Assembly: GCA_026390445.1 (NCBI GenBank)
Contig: JAPLFX010000049.1
Span: 10,533 to 74,532, forward strand
DNA length: 64,000 bases
Source of the DNA: Pseudomonadota bacterium
GTDB taxonomy: Bacteria > Bdellovibrionota_B > Oligoflexia > Oligoflexales > CAIYRB01
Direction: 5' to 3'
Part shown: positions 30,485-39,450 of the stretch, in pieces
Position numbering within the stretch: position 1 is the first letter of the stretch
Layout: the number at the start of each line of letters is the position of its first letter
Position numbers and translations under genes: made by a program
The notes under the pieces: model-generated
Seen by the model: the letters and a program-made list of their open reading frames with translations, nothing else
The model's database searches: none
Told to the model about the DNA's origin: nothing

Positions 30485-30933
30485 ATCTGAATCCCGAGTT
30501 CTGCAAGAGATGCGTAAATAGCACCGACCTGGTCGGTGAGCTGGGGGAACGATGCCTGCCATCTCTCCGTCGCCCAAAGTTCGAACTTCTCTAACTGGCC
30601 AACGATCGTGCAGTCACGGACCAACCTGGCGTCTTTTCGCAAATCCAGTGGTATCAAGATGCGTCCCGCCTTGTCGATCGGACATTCCTGGGCGCACCCG
30701 ATGAAAATTCGTTTGAACGCCATAACCTTCGGATCCAACTGGTTCAATTTAGCGATCATGGCCAGCTTCTCGGCCCATTCGACAAGTGGGTAGGCGGCCA
30801 GACACTGGTCAGAGATTGTGACCATGACGGCGGCCTCGAGGTTGTCCTCGGGGCTGATTTTGCGACGAAACGGTAAAGGCACGGCTAAGCGTCCCTTCTC
30901 GTCGATGGTGTGTTCGAATTTACCCTGGAACAA
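30481..30933 (-). CDS. mraZ: Transcriptional repressor MraZ
   Basis: FQGKFEHTIDEKGRL, IDKAGRILIP, FELW. Probable TTG start at 30933 with GGAG upstream. Confidence 0.95.
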   Translation of the reverse strand: MFQGKFEHTIDEKGRLAVPLPFRRKISPEDNLEAAVMVTISDQCLAAYPLVEWAEKLAMIAKLNQLDPKVMAFKRIFIGCAQECPIDKAGRILIPLDLRKDARLVRDCTIVGQLEKFELWATERWQASFPQLTDQVGAIYASLAELGIQI

Positions 30934-31005
30934 GCGAAGGTCTCCGGCGGCGGACGGCACGGGTGTGCGAGAGGCTGGTGTGTGCGGTCCTTGGCGGCGG
31001 TGGCT

Positions 31006-31069
31006 CCCACTTGGCCCCACTTTGCCCCACACTGCTTATAGAATACCTGGCTGTAAACAACGGCGTCAA
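31006..31069 (-). promoter_or_regulatory. dcw promoter with three MraZ boxes
   Basis: TTGACG-N18-TATTCT (31064-31069, 31040-31045) followed by GTGGG repeats with 10-bp period (31026-30, 31016-20, 31006-10). Confidence 0.8.
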
Positions 31070-31353
31070 TGGTCACCGCTGCCGCATCGGAACTTGGTTG
31101 CGCGTTGACTAAGCACGCATGTAAACAATTTTAATTTTTGCAAGTCATCGCAAAATGAGACGCAATTCCTGATCTTGTGCAGTCGTGATTAGTCCAAAGA
31201 TATGATTAGTTACTCGCGCTGACTAGGCCCCTTGGTACGAATGGCCGACGCGTCGTCTATGCGCCCAATCCTTTGATGAGCAGGCATTGCACGTATCGTG
31301 CGGTCGGAAAACATTGCCCCTTGCGGCGTTCATCAATTCGTCTTGTAATAAAC

Positions 31354-31381
31354 TAAAGCTCTCTCTACGTGCTGCCGATGG
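31354..31381 (+). promoter_or_regulatory. Putative sigma28 (FliA) promoter
   Basis: TAAA-N16-GCCGATGG about 50 bp upstream of the LysM gene. Confidence 0.5.
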
Positions 31382-31429
31382 TGGAGCCGTAGGGAGAATA
31401 GTGTCTTAATTTTTTTTGGGAGGAAGGTT

Positions 31430-32578
31430 ATGAAGATGAGTGTGAGGCGCTGGCTTGGCGCTTCGACCCTCGCCCTGTTCGCCAGCTTCGCGGTCGCCGG
31501 ATGCTCCGGAGATCAAGATGCTGAGGACGGAATCGAGGCCTCGGACAACCAGGCGGCAGACAATGCCAATGGCAACGCAGTTGCGAGTGAAGACAATGGT
31601 GGCGGCGAAAAGCCTGCCGGGGACGAATCTAACGCTGCGCCGACTAATGCTGCGGGCGCTGATACCGCAGCCGAAGCAGGAGCCGCAGGAGGAAATTCAA
31701 CCGAAAACGATTTGCAAGAGATCATTACAGAAATGAACGGCCAACAAGGCGGTGATAAAGAAGCCGCTGCTGGCGCCGAAGGCGCCGCCCCACTCGCAGG
31801 CGAAGCCCCTGCCGCAGCTCCGGCTCCTGCCGTGGCAAGCGCTCCCGCTGCAGCCGCAGCTCCAGCTCCTGCCGCAGCCCCAGCGGCTGGTGGTAACAGT
31901 GCTACGGCCGACGCTAAGTCGGCAGCTCTTCCCTTCCAACCCGGCGGCACGCCGGCAGCTGCTGGGCTCCCCGAGCTTGGCTCGAAAATGTCGTACATCG
32001 TCGAAAAGGGCGATACTTTGGCCAAGATCTCGCAAAAGATCTACGGCGCTCCAAGCCACTGGCAGGAAATGGCAACATTGAGTGGTTTGAGCAATCCAAG
32101 CCGCATCTTCCCGGGCGACTTGGTTTACTACACCCTCGACGAAACGGCCGTCACTTTTGCCAAGGCCTACGACTCTGTTCAGCGCTCTGAAGAGCAAGTT
32201 AAGCCAGGCGATACGCTGGCCACGATCTCCCAGCGGCTGTACGGTTCCACCGAATCCTGGCGCACCCTGTGGCGTCATAACGACAAGATCGAAAACCCCG
32301 ATGTCGTTCAGCCAGGATCCACTGTCTTTTACGTCGCCAAAGGCGCACTGCAAGCAGCGATCGATCATGTTAAGTCTGGATCAACCACCAACCTAGCTAC
32401 CCTGAAAGCAAAAGACTCCACCACCACCAACAGCCCAGCGATCTCGGCAAAGAGTTTGTCCATGTCTCACCATAAAAAACACCACCGCGCTCATGCGCTT
32501 GATGCAAGTGTCAACCTGACCCTAAGCCAAACCAACGTCAACGTTTCTGTCAACGCTATCAACGCTATCAACGGGTAG
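31430..32578 (+). CDS. LysM-domain lipoprotein (two LysM, long Ala/Pro/acidic linker)
   Basis: Lipobox VAGC, YIVEKGDTLAKISQKIYG and VKPGDTLATISQRLYG, strong RBS GGGAGG. Confidence 0.9.
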   Translation: MKMSVRRWLGASTLALFASFAVAGCSGDQDAEDGIEASDNQAADNANGNAVASEDNGGGEKPAGDESNAAPTNAAGADTAAEAGAAGGNSTENDLQEIITEMNGQQGGDKEAAAGAEGAAPLAGEAPAAAPAPAVASAPAAAAAPAPAAAPAAGGNSATADAKSAALPFQPGGTPAAAGLPELGSKMSYIVEKGDTLAKISQKIYGAPSHWQEMATLSGLSNPSRIFPGDLVYYTLDETAVTFAKAYDSVQRSEEQVKPGDTLATISQRLYGSTESWRTLWRHNDKIENPDVVQPGSTVFYVAKGALQAAIDHVKSGSTTNLATLKAKDSTTTNSPAISAKSLSMSHHKKHHRAHALDASVNLTLSQTNVNVSVNAINAING

Positions 32579-32594
32579 ATCCACAAACTAAAAC

Positions 32595-32880
32595 GAAGTC
32601 GCGAGACTTCAGGTGCGATATAAGCATCAGCGACACCAACAAGAAGCAAGATGTCTTCGGAGTGTAGATCTGGTGTAGGCCTCGTAAGGACCAAGGACGG
32701 CGTGCAAAGAAAGACGTTGCCATGATCTAGAGACCAAACGAAGCGGTAGTGCTGTTGAAAGATCGCCCCTCACTGATTGTCTAGTTGATCTCCTGGCGAA
32801 GTTGGCCAACCTAGCCTTGAGACTAAAAGACCACAGCCGAGACTAAGCAGAACTTACAACACCGTCCGCTTCCCCTTTTA
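32595..32880. ncRNA. Candidate structured RNA between convergent genes
   Basis: GAAGTC-GCGA-GACTTC, TAGATC/GATCTA multiloop and a 133-nt rod at 32740-32872. No family recognised. Confidence 0.4.
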
Positions 32881-32935
32881 ACTCGCTGAATATAAAGCGA
32901 ATCGATGTATAGAGCCTGTCTAAGCTACGGGTTGT

Positions 32936-33922
32936 CTAGTCACCTTGACCAAGCGTGACATGGATCCCCGGCCCGACCAAGGCGTGGTCGATCGTCGCTC
33001 CGGCTGGCACCACGGCGCCAGGTAGGAGAACCGAATTGCTGACCCGAGCACCAGTACCAATTTGCACACCTGACTCAACAACGACATGTGGACCGAGAGT
33101 CGCATGGTTGTAGGTGGAAAGTGCGTTCGGCAAAAGTACTCCGTTGGCATCAGGCAGTGGTACGAGACCTCGGGATTGTCGCAACTGATCCAGCTTAATG
33201 GCGCGGCAAAGGTCCGGTTCACGTAAAAGCGCTAGGATTGCTGACCAGTAGAATTGGGGAGTACGCAAATCGTGCCAATATCCGCTGTGGACTTCAGCCG
33301 CAACGGACCATCCCAGGTCGAGAGCCTTAAGGTAGCCCTTTGAGACAATGTCAAAGGTGCCGCTTTTAGGTAGCAAGTCGAGTAGTTCAGGCGAAAGAAT
33401 TTGAGCGCAGGCAAAGTTTCCAGCCTGAGTCGCTGCCTTTGGCGCGGTTTTGCCGATGGCATGGATACGTCCCAAGTGGTGAAACACGGAACTTTCCCCT
33501 TGGATCACCGTGGGAAGCAGCATCATCGAAGCGGCCGCTTGCATCGCACGATGTCGCTCAAGCAAGGACTTCAGGTCAAAGTCAGAGACGACGTCGCCGT
33601 TCAGAACGACCAGGTCGGCATCGCCTAGCCACGAGCGCAGGGGCGGATAGGCGCCTCCCGTACCGAGCAGTTCTGGTTCGAAAGAAAGAACTAGGCGTTG
33701 GCCCAGCGGGTTTTTCTGTACCAGTCGTGCGACCTGCTCAGGATGATAGTGCGAATTGATCGCAACATCGTCGATTCCGGCCGCGGCGAGATTGGCTAAG
33801 GCCAGCTCGAGTGGTGTACCGCCAGCAAACGGCACCAGCGGCTTTGGATAGATGTCAGTGAGGGGCCGAAGACGAGTCCCAAGACCTGCGGCAAGGACCA
33901 TGCCCTTAACCGCGCGAGTCAT
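32936..33922 (-). CDS. murU: MurU-like NDP-sugar pyrophosphorylase
   Basis: MVLAAGLGTRLRPLT..PKPLVP, LNGDV, WHDLRTP. Overlaps an amgK-like gene. Confidence 0.75.
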   Translation of the reverse strand: MTRAVKGMVLAAGLGTRLRPLTDIYPKPLVPFAGGTPLELALANLAAAGIDDVAINSHYHPEQVARLVQKNPLGQRLVLSFEPELLGTGGAYPPLRSWLGDADLVVLNGDVVSDFDLKSLLERHRAMQAAASMMLLPTVIQGESSVFHHLGRIHAIGKTAPKAATQAGNFACAQILSPELLDLLPKSGTFDIVSKGYLKALDLGWSVAAEVHSGYWHDLRTPQFYWSAILALLREPDLCRAIKLDQLRQSRGLVPLPDANGVLLPNALSTYNHATLGPHVVVESGVQIGTGARVSNSVLLPGAVVPAGATIDHALVGPGIHVTLGQGD

Positions 33923-35003
33923 GGCCAACCTGATTCAAGTGAGCGCGCAGGCGCTGTAGTAGAGGTCCGGAGATAAATGGCCAGCGCGCATCCAGGACAG
34001 CCTGGTCCTCAATGGTTGCCAGAGCACTTGGTACATATTTTAGGTAATCGCCACGTTGTTTATCTAGGGTTAGAAAGCCAAAGCTACCGATCGCCTTTAG
34101 CTGCCTTTGCAAAAGCATGGGCCGCCACAAAGCGGCTGCCTCGGCATAAACGTCGGCGCCGTTGGCCTGGCGAATGACTTCAAGTCCGTCGTCGAGCAGC
34201 TGCCGACGCAAAACACCGTTGAATGGCACATACGAGTCGAAGCATAGGGAGACAAGGTCGTAGGATGCGGGACCCAACCGCGCGTCTTGAAAGTCTATCA
34301 CTGCAAGCTTGTCGTCTTTGACCATGATGTTGCGTGAATGCAGGTCGCGATGAACGAAGTATCGCGAATTCGCGGCCAATGTTTCGCTCAGGATCTGCAC
34401 GTCGCGGTTGAACTGGGTCTCTTCCGCCGCTGTTAGAATCACGCCTGCAACCGGCCTGGCGTATTTTTGCATGAAGAAGTTTAGCTCCCAAGTGAACCGT
34501 TCGGTATCAAAACCGCGCTTGCACCAAATGGAGCTTTCGTTCCGGGGGATGCCGAGAAAGCGTGCCACGATGCCGGAGCACTGACGGTACAATGTTCGGA
34601 TATCGGTCATGCGCTGGGTTTGAATGTTTTGTAAGACGATGCCTTCTAGCATTTGATTGCCGTAGTCTTCGATAAGAAGGGCTGCATGGGCCGTTAGGGC
34701 GTTGCTGACGCGAGGTACAAAGACCCCTTGCTCGGCCAACAAATTGGCAATCGTGATCCATTCGTAGCCGCCTGATTTGAGCGCCTCGGCGTCGCTGCCT
34801 GATAGCTGCATGAGGACTAGCGGGTTTGGCAATTCCGGCGACCTAATTCGGTAATAACAGCGATCTGACCCGTCGCCGGCTAGCCACTCCATGGCAACTG
34901 AGTGAACGCCGAGGGTTTGGGCGATCAGGGTGGGCGGCGGCGGCTTCAAGGCATCGTTGCGCTGCTTAGAGAGTGAGGAAGTCAAGGTCTGGACCCATCT
35001 CAA
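33906..35003 (-). CDS. amgK: AmgK-like anomeric MurNAc/GlcNAc kinase (APH fold)
   Basis: LAGDGSDRCYYR, HRDLHSRNIM, IDFQDARLGP..YDLVSL, QRQLKAIGSF. Start uncertain (possibly 34949). Confidence 0.8.
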   Translation of the reverse strand: MRWVQTLTSSLSKQRNDALKPPPPTLIAQTLGVHSVAMEWLAGDGSDRCYYRIRSPELPNPLVLMQLSGSDAEALKSGGYEWITIANLLAEQGVFVPRVSNALTAHAALLIEDYGNQMLEGIVLQNIQTQRMTDIRTLYRQCSGIVARFLGIPRNESSIWCKRGFDTERFTWELNFFMQKYARPVAGVILTAAEETQFNRDVQILSETLAANSRYFVHRDLHSRNIMVKDDKLAVIDFQDARLGPASYDLVSLCFDSYVPFNGVLRRQLLDDGLEVIRQANGADVYAEAAALWRPMLLQRQLKAIGSFGFLTLDKQRGDYLKYVPSALATIEDQAVLDARWPFISGPLLQRLRAHLNQVGHDSRG

Positions 35004-35898
35004 TGCGAAGTGAATTGGACCGGCTTAAGTAAAGTTCGCCGTCTAACGTATAGTCGAACGGCCGTTCTTGCTCGACGAGCAGTCCGCGACAACAAAAGCT
35101 TATCTTACCCTTTCCGATGCCGTCTTGTCTTGTCGCCAAGATCACGGGAAGTTGCCATAAAACATCCTTTGCCGACATCGTAAAGCTACTGCACTGAAAG
35201 CCGCTTTCTTCGTTGCTCAGTAGGTGAAACAAGGGGTAACCAAGCGGCAGCTTAGAGACGGTCGAACAGAACACAGCACAGCTAAGGTGCGAGTGCGCCG
35301 GCCCCACGTCGGGTGTTAATGTGTGGTGCAGATCGCTGACTACTCGGGCAAATAGCTCCCCGTTGAACAGGCGCGACCCCCACACCTTTACCGCCAATGC
35401 AAGGGCGCCGAGCGGGCCGCTTTTGCGTCGGTAGTATTCTTTGAGAAAGGCTGGAGCCAGTCCATCAGCGAAAAGAAAGCCGTAGTTACCTTCGATCTTA
35501 AGTGACCGCAGTCGGCGCCAAGGGAGGTCGCCTAAACCCGAGTGACCTTCGACCAGGCGAAAAAGCACCTGCTCGGGTGAACCGCGGATACCCAGGTTGT
35601 TTGCCAGAACGTTGATGGTCCCGCCGCGCAACAGGGCGATACGTGGCAGCGGCTGATCTTTATATTCCCGGATAAATGCCGTGAGCGTTCGCGAGATGGT
35701 CCCGTCGCCGCCGTTTATGGCAAGGATCCGAATGCCCTTTTCTTTGAAGTCTCGTGCGACTCGGCCGAGGTCTGCCAGGGTGTTGGTGACCTCTAGCTGC
35801 CCTTGAGCTCCCAGGATAAACCCTAACAGGGCAGTGCGACTGGGATTTCGCCTATTCAACTTCGAGTGGGGATTTGTTATGATCCCGATCCCTGACAT
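34966..35898 (-). CDS. Diacylglycerol/sphingosine kinase family protein
   Basis: IITNPHS, GGDGT, GGTINVLA, TLDGE. Confidence 0.88.
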   Translation of the reverse strand: MSGIGIITNPHSKLNRRNPSRTALLGFILGAQGQLEVTNTLADLGRVARDFKEKGIRILAINGGDGTISRTLTAFIREYKDQPLPRIALLRGGTINVLANNLGIRGSPEQVLFRLVEGHSGLGDLPWRRLRSLKIEGNYGFLFADGLAPAFLKEYYRRKSGPLGALALAVKVWGSRLFNGELFARVVSDLHHTLTPDVGPAHSHLSCAVFCSTVSKLPLGYPLFHLLSNEESGFQCSSFTMSAKDVLWQLPVILATRQDGIGKGKISFCCRGLLVEQERPFDYTLDGELYLSRSNSLRIEMGPDLDFLTL

Positions 35899-35933
35899 CG
35901 TGTGGCACCTTTCTTTAATAGGGGCTCAGCCTG

Positions 35934-36827
35934 GTGACGAAACTACCTGCAGTGCGGTCCAGCGGGCATTCGCCCGCGATTTTGTCGCCGCTTCAGTTAT
36001 ATCTTCAGCAGATAGCCAAATATCCATTGCTTGAGCCTGAAGAGGAGTATGAGCTGGCCCGCCAACAGTTTGATGGCGGCGACGTCGGTGCAGCCCACCG
36101 ACTTGTGACGGCGAATTTACGGCTAGTGGTTAAGATAGCGAACGATTTTCGGCAAGCACAGCTCAATCTTTTGGATTTAATTCAAGAAGGCAACTACGGC
36201 CTCATGCAAGCGGTTAAGCGCTTCAACCCGTACAAAGGCGTTAAGCTGTCCAGTTACGCCGCGTGGTGGATCCGAGCTTATATCCTTAAGCACATCATGG
36301 ACAATAAAAGCCATGTCAAGATTGGCACGACTTCAGACCAACGCAAGCTCTATTACAACCTAGAAAAGACCGCTCGCAAACTGCTCCAGGAATACGATCA
36401 TGTTGATCCAAAGATGCTGGCCGAGCATCTGCATGTCCGGGAAAAGGACGTGCGCGAGATGCAGGCACGGTTAGCCGCACCCGATCTATCGCTCGATGCG
36501 CCCATAGGCGACGAGGACAGCAGCTCGACGCACGGACAGATGCTTGCCGCAGCAGGTAAAGGTGCCGATGATGTCCTCGCGGATGAGGAGGTTCGAACGA
36601 TTTTCGCTGAGCATTTGGCGACCTTTCGGGAAACCCTCAAGGGCCGAGACCTCGAGATTTTTGACGCCAGGCTGATGGCCGAAGATCCGCTTACTTTGCA
36701 GGAGATCGGCGATCGCTATGGCGTCAGCCGGGAGCGTGCGCGACAGATCGAGGCGCGCATCGTGCAAAAGCTGCGTACATTTGTCGGTGCGCAGGGGCAA
36801 CTGGATGCTGAAGTGATTCGGCGTTAA
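35934..36827 (+). CDS. rpoH: RpoH/sigma32-family sigma factor
   Basis: NLRLVVKIA, DLIQEGN, YAAWWIRA, RpoH-box-like QRKLYYNL, TLQEIG..VSRERARQIE. Confidence 0.82.
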   Translation: MTKLPAVRSSGHSPAILSPLQLYLQQIAKYPLLEPEEEYELARQQFDGGDVGAAHRLVTANLRLVVKIANDFRQAQLNLLDLIQEGNYGLMQAVKRFNPYKGVKLSSYAAWWIRAYILKHIMDNKSHVKIGTTSDQRKLYYNLEKTARKLLQEYDHVDPKMLAEHLHVREKDVREMQARLAAPDLSLDAPIGDEDSSSTHGQMLAAAGKGADDVLADEEVRTIFAEHLATFRETLKGRDLEIFDARLMAEDPLTLQEIGDRYGVSRERARQIEARIVQKLRTFVGAQGQLDAEVIRR

Positions 36828-38887
36828 AACCGTGGGGACTTGTTTTGACCTAGGCTGCTGCGAAGAGCCCCAAGGCGCTGCAGGGTCTGACTCTTGCGCG
36901 CCTGCTCAGCGTTCTGTCGCGACACCGGACTGGCGTCCTCCGTATTGAGGGCAAATGCCGCGGCCGGGACTTCAGCGAGAAAGCGCGACGGCATTCGTGT
37001 TTGCTTACCTTGATATCCAGAATTTCTATCGAGACAATACGAAAGAAACAGACGGCGCTTGGCTCTGGTGAGTGCCACATAAAATAGGCGCCGCTCTTCG
37101 CAGACGGCCTGCGGGTCTTGCAGACTGTTTTTGTGCGGGAGCATTTGCTCCTCAAGACCGATCACGAAGACAGCGGGGAACTCCAGACCTTTTGCTGCGT
37201 GTATCGACATCAGTGATACCGACGAATGGCCTTTGTCCTTTTCGGCCTTAAAATCGGTGTCAAGTGCAAGGGAATCGAGTAGGTCCTCGATGTTAATGGT
37301 ACCTTGCTCGGCTTTGATGTCGGCGGCTAAGGTGGCAATCCATTGGGGAAGACTCCGAAGGTTTGCAACTTTACGGTCGCGCGAGCCAGCGTCTTGGGTG
37401 CGCAGACGAACGTCTTGCTCCAGGCCAGTCAGTTTGAGAATCGCGGTCCCCAATGCGGCGAAATCTTCGCCACTATTTAGCGGCAAGGTGCATAGCTGAT
37501 GGATCAATTCATGGAAACCACGAACAGACGAGTGGCCGGCGAACTCCGCCGAGCTGATAACGGCGTAGGGGCTAATTCCTAGCGTTTTAGCGCTCTCTTC
37601 TATGCGCTCTAGGGTTTTAATGCCGATACCGCGACTCGGTGTGTTGATCACTCGCCACAAGGCCAGGCGGTCCTCGTTCTTCAACACTAGGCGCAGGTAG
37701 CAGATAAAATCTTTGATCTCTTTGCGCTCAAAGAAGCTTTGCCCACCGTAGGTCTTGTAGCTGATGCGGGCTTCACGTAGCGCTAGTTCGATGGCCTTAG
37801 CTTGGTTGTTGGCGCGATATAAAACGCTGATATCCTGAGGGTTCATTCCCGAACCAAGCAGTCCAAGGCACTTTTCGGCAACCAAGTTGGCTTCTGCCGT
37901 CTCATCCTCGCACGGACTCAGAACAATCGGGCTGCTGTCTGTGGAGGCACTCCAAAGAGTCTTATCCTTGCGCTGTGCATTATTCTTAATAACGGTGTTG
38001 GCAGCGCCTAAAATGACGTTTGAGCAGCGATAATTTTGCTCAAGTTTGATGATTTTAGTCCCGGGGAACATTTTTTCGAAACGCTCTAAGACCTCATACA
38101 TCGCGCCGCGCCAGCTGTAGATTGACTGGTCATCGTCACCGACAACGCAGACATCATGGGAGTCACTGGCAATTTGTTCGAGAATGGCTAATTGGGCTTG
38201 ATTGGTGTCTTGATATTCATCGACCATGATGTGACGAAAACGCCGCCTAACGGCTTCGCGGATATCAGGGTGTTGCTGTAGAAGAAAGACCGTACGGTAG
38301 ATGCAGTCGTCAAAGTCGATGACGCGGTTCAGTCGTAGCTGGCGTTCATAAAGCTCGAAAACCTCGCCAAGCACGGCCAGGTCAAAATTCATCAGCGCCC
38401 GACCGCCGCCGCGGCGAACATCGTCCGGTGTGAGGAGGTGGTTCTTTGCGACGCCGATTTGGGCGTGGAGCTTATCGGCTTGGTACACCCCACCCCAGTT
38501 CTTTTCCTCGAGTCCTTTGCGGACCAAATCGATTTGGTCAGCGGTGCCGGCCAAGCTGAAGCCAGGGGTCAGGCCGGCCTGAACGGGATAGCGCCGAAGT
38601 AGATTCAGGCAAAAACTGTGAAAGGTCCCAAGCCATACTTTTTTCGCTCGGCCGCCGACCAGGGCCTTGGTGCGCTCGGCCATTTCCTTGGCAGCTTTGT
38701 TGGTAAACGATAGAGCAACGATGGAATCACCTGGGATGCCGCAGCCCAGCATGTAGCCGATCCGGTAGGTGATGACTCTGGTTTTGCCGGTACCGGCCCC
38801 AGCTAGGATCATCAGTGGGCCAGACGTATGGGTTACAGCGTCGCGTTGTTCAGCATTTAGGTCATCAATCTTGAAGTGCATGGGCAT
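36824..38887 (-). CDS. SF1A DNA helicase (Rep/UvrD/PcrA family)
   Basis: AGAGTGKT, DEYQDTN, GDDDQSIY, LEQNYR, HAAKGLEF, EERRLFYVALTRA. Confidence 0.95.
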   Translation of the reverse strand: MPMHFKIDDLNAEQRDAVTHTSGPLMILAGAGTGKTRVITYRIGYMLGCGIPGDSIVALSFTNKAAKEMAERTKALVGGRAKKVWLGTFHSFCLNLLRRYPVQAGLTPGFSLAGTADQIDLVRKGLEEKNWGGVYQADKLHAQIGVAKNHLLTPDDVRRGGGRALMNFDLAVLGEVFELYERQLRLNRVIDFDDCIYRTVFLLQQHPDIREAVRRRFRHIMVDEYQDTNQAQLAILEQIASDSHDVCVVGDDDQSIYSWRGAMYEVLERFEKMFPGTKIIKLEQNYRCSNVILGAANTVIKNNAQRKDKTLWSASTDSSPIVLSPCEDETAEANLVAEKCLGLLGSGMNPQDISVLYRANNQAKAIELALREARISYKTYGGQSFFERKEIKDFICYLRLVLKNEDRLALWRVINTPSRGIGIKTLERIEESAKTLGISPYAVISSAEFAGHSSVRGFHELIHQLCTLPLNSGEDFAALGTAILKLTGLEQDVRLRTQDAGSRDRKVANLRSLPQWIATLAADIKAEQGTINIEDLLDSLALDTDFKAEKDKGHSSVSLMSIHAAKGLEFPAVFVIGLEEQMLPHKNSLQDPQAVCEERRLFYVALTRAKRRLFLSYCLDRNSGYQGKQTRMPSRFLAEVPAAAFALNTEDASPVSRQNAEQARKSQTLQRLGALRSSLGQNKSPRF

Positions 38888-38972
38888 CCATTGGGTAGCC
38901 AGCCAGGGGCTACCTTGATCTTCCGCAGCCTATCGGCTAATGTCCGCTTCTTGCTATACCTGGAGGATCTCG

Positions 38973-39344
38973 ATGAGTCTAATGCAACTAGTTTTCACCG
39001 CTTCGGACGCTTTTGCTCAAGCCGCCGATACTGCTGCCCCTGGTAAAGGTCCATCTTTGGTAGAGATGCTGGCCATGCCGGTTGGCTTTTTGTTTATCAT
39101 GTACTTCTTCATCATTCGCCCTCAGCAAAAGAAGGCCAAGGATCAGAGCGACTTGCTGACCAATCTGAAGGCTGGTGACGAAGTCGTCACGTCCGGCGGA
39201 ATCATCGGTAAGGTGCGGGCCGTTGCCGAAGCCTTCGTCACCTTAGAGGTGGCTAATAATGTCGCGATTAAAGTGCTAAAAGCCAATGTCAGCGGCTTGA
39301 CTAAGGCACCTGTCGCGGTAGTCAAGGACGCAGTGAAGGCCTGA
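38973..39344 (+). CDS. yajC: Preprotein translocase subunit YajC
   Basis: YFFIIRPQQKK, LKAGDEVVTSGGIIG. RBS GGAGG at 38962. Confidence 0.95.
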   Translation: MSLMQLVFTASDAFAQAADTAAPGKGPSLVEMLAMPVGFLFIMYFFIIRPQQKKAKDQSDLLTNLKAGDEVVTSGGIIGKVRAVAEAFVTLEVANNVAIKVLKANVSGLTKAPVAVVKDAVKA

Positions 39345-39450
39345 TGTCTGGTCAGGTCGCTGGTGATTTGCTTAGCCCTCGTGTCATGGTTCTGACGGTC
39401 TGCTACTATAGAGTGGAATCGCGATCATCACGCCCGGAGGCTACGCCGGA

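Noticed and set aside
30934-31032. N-terminal extension of MraZ
   Set aside because: Corresponds to the MraZ boxes and 5' leader. TTG at 30933 has an RBS and gives a canonical N-terminus.
31770-31890. GCN-rich repeats in the LysM gene as a DNA repeat element
   Set aside because: Simply encode the Ala/Pro linker
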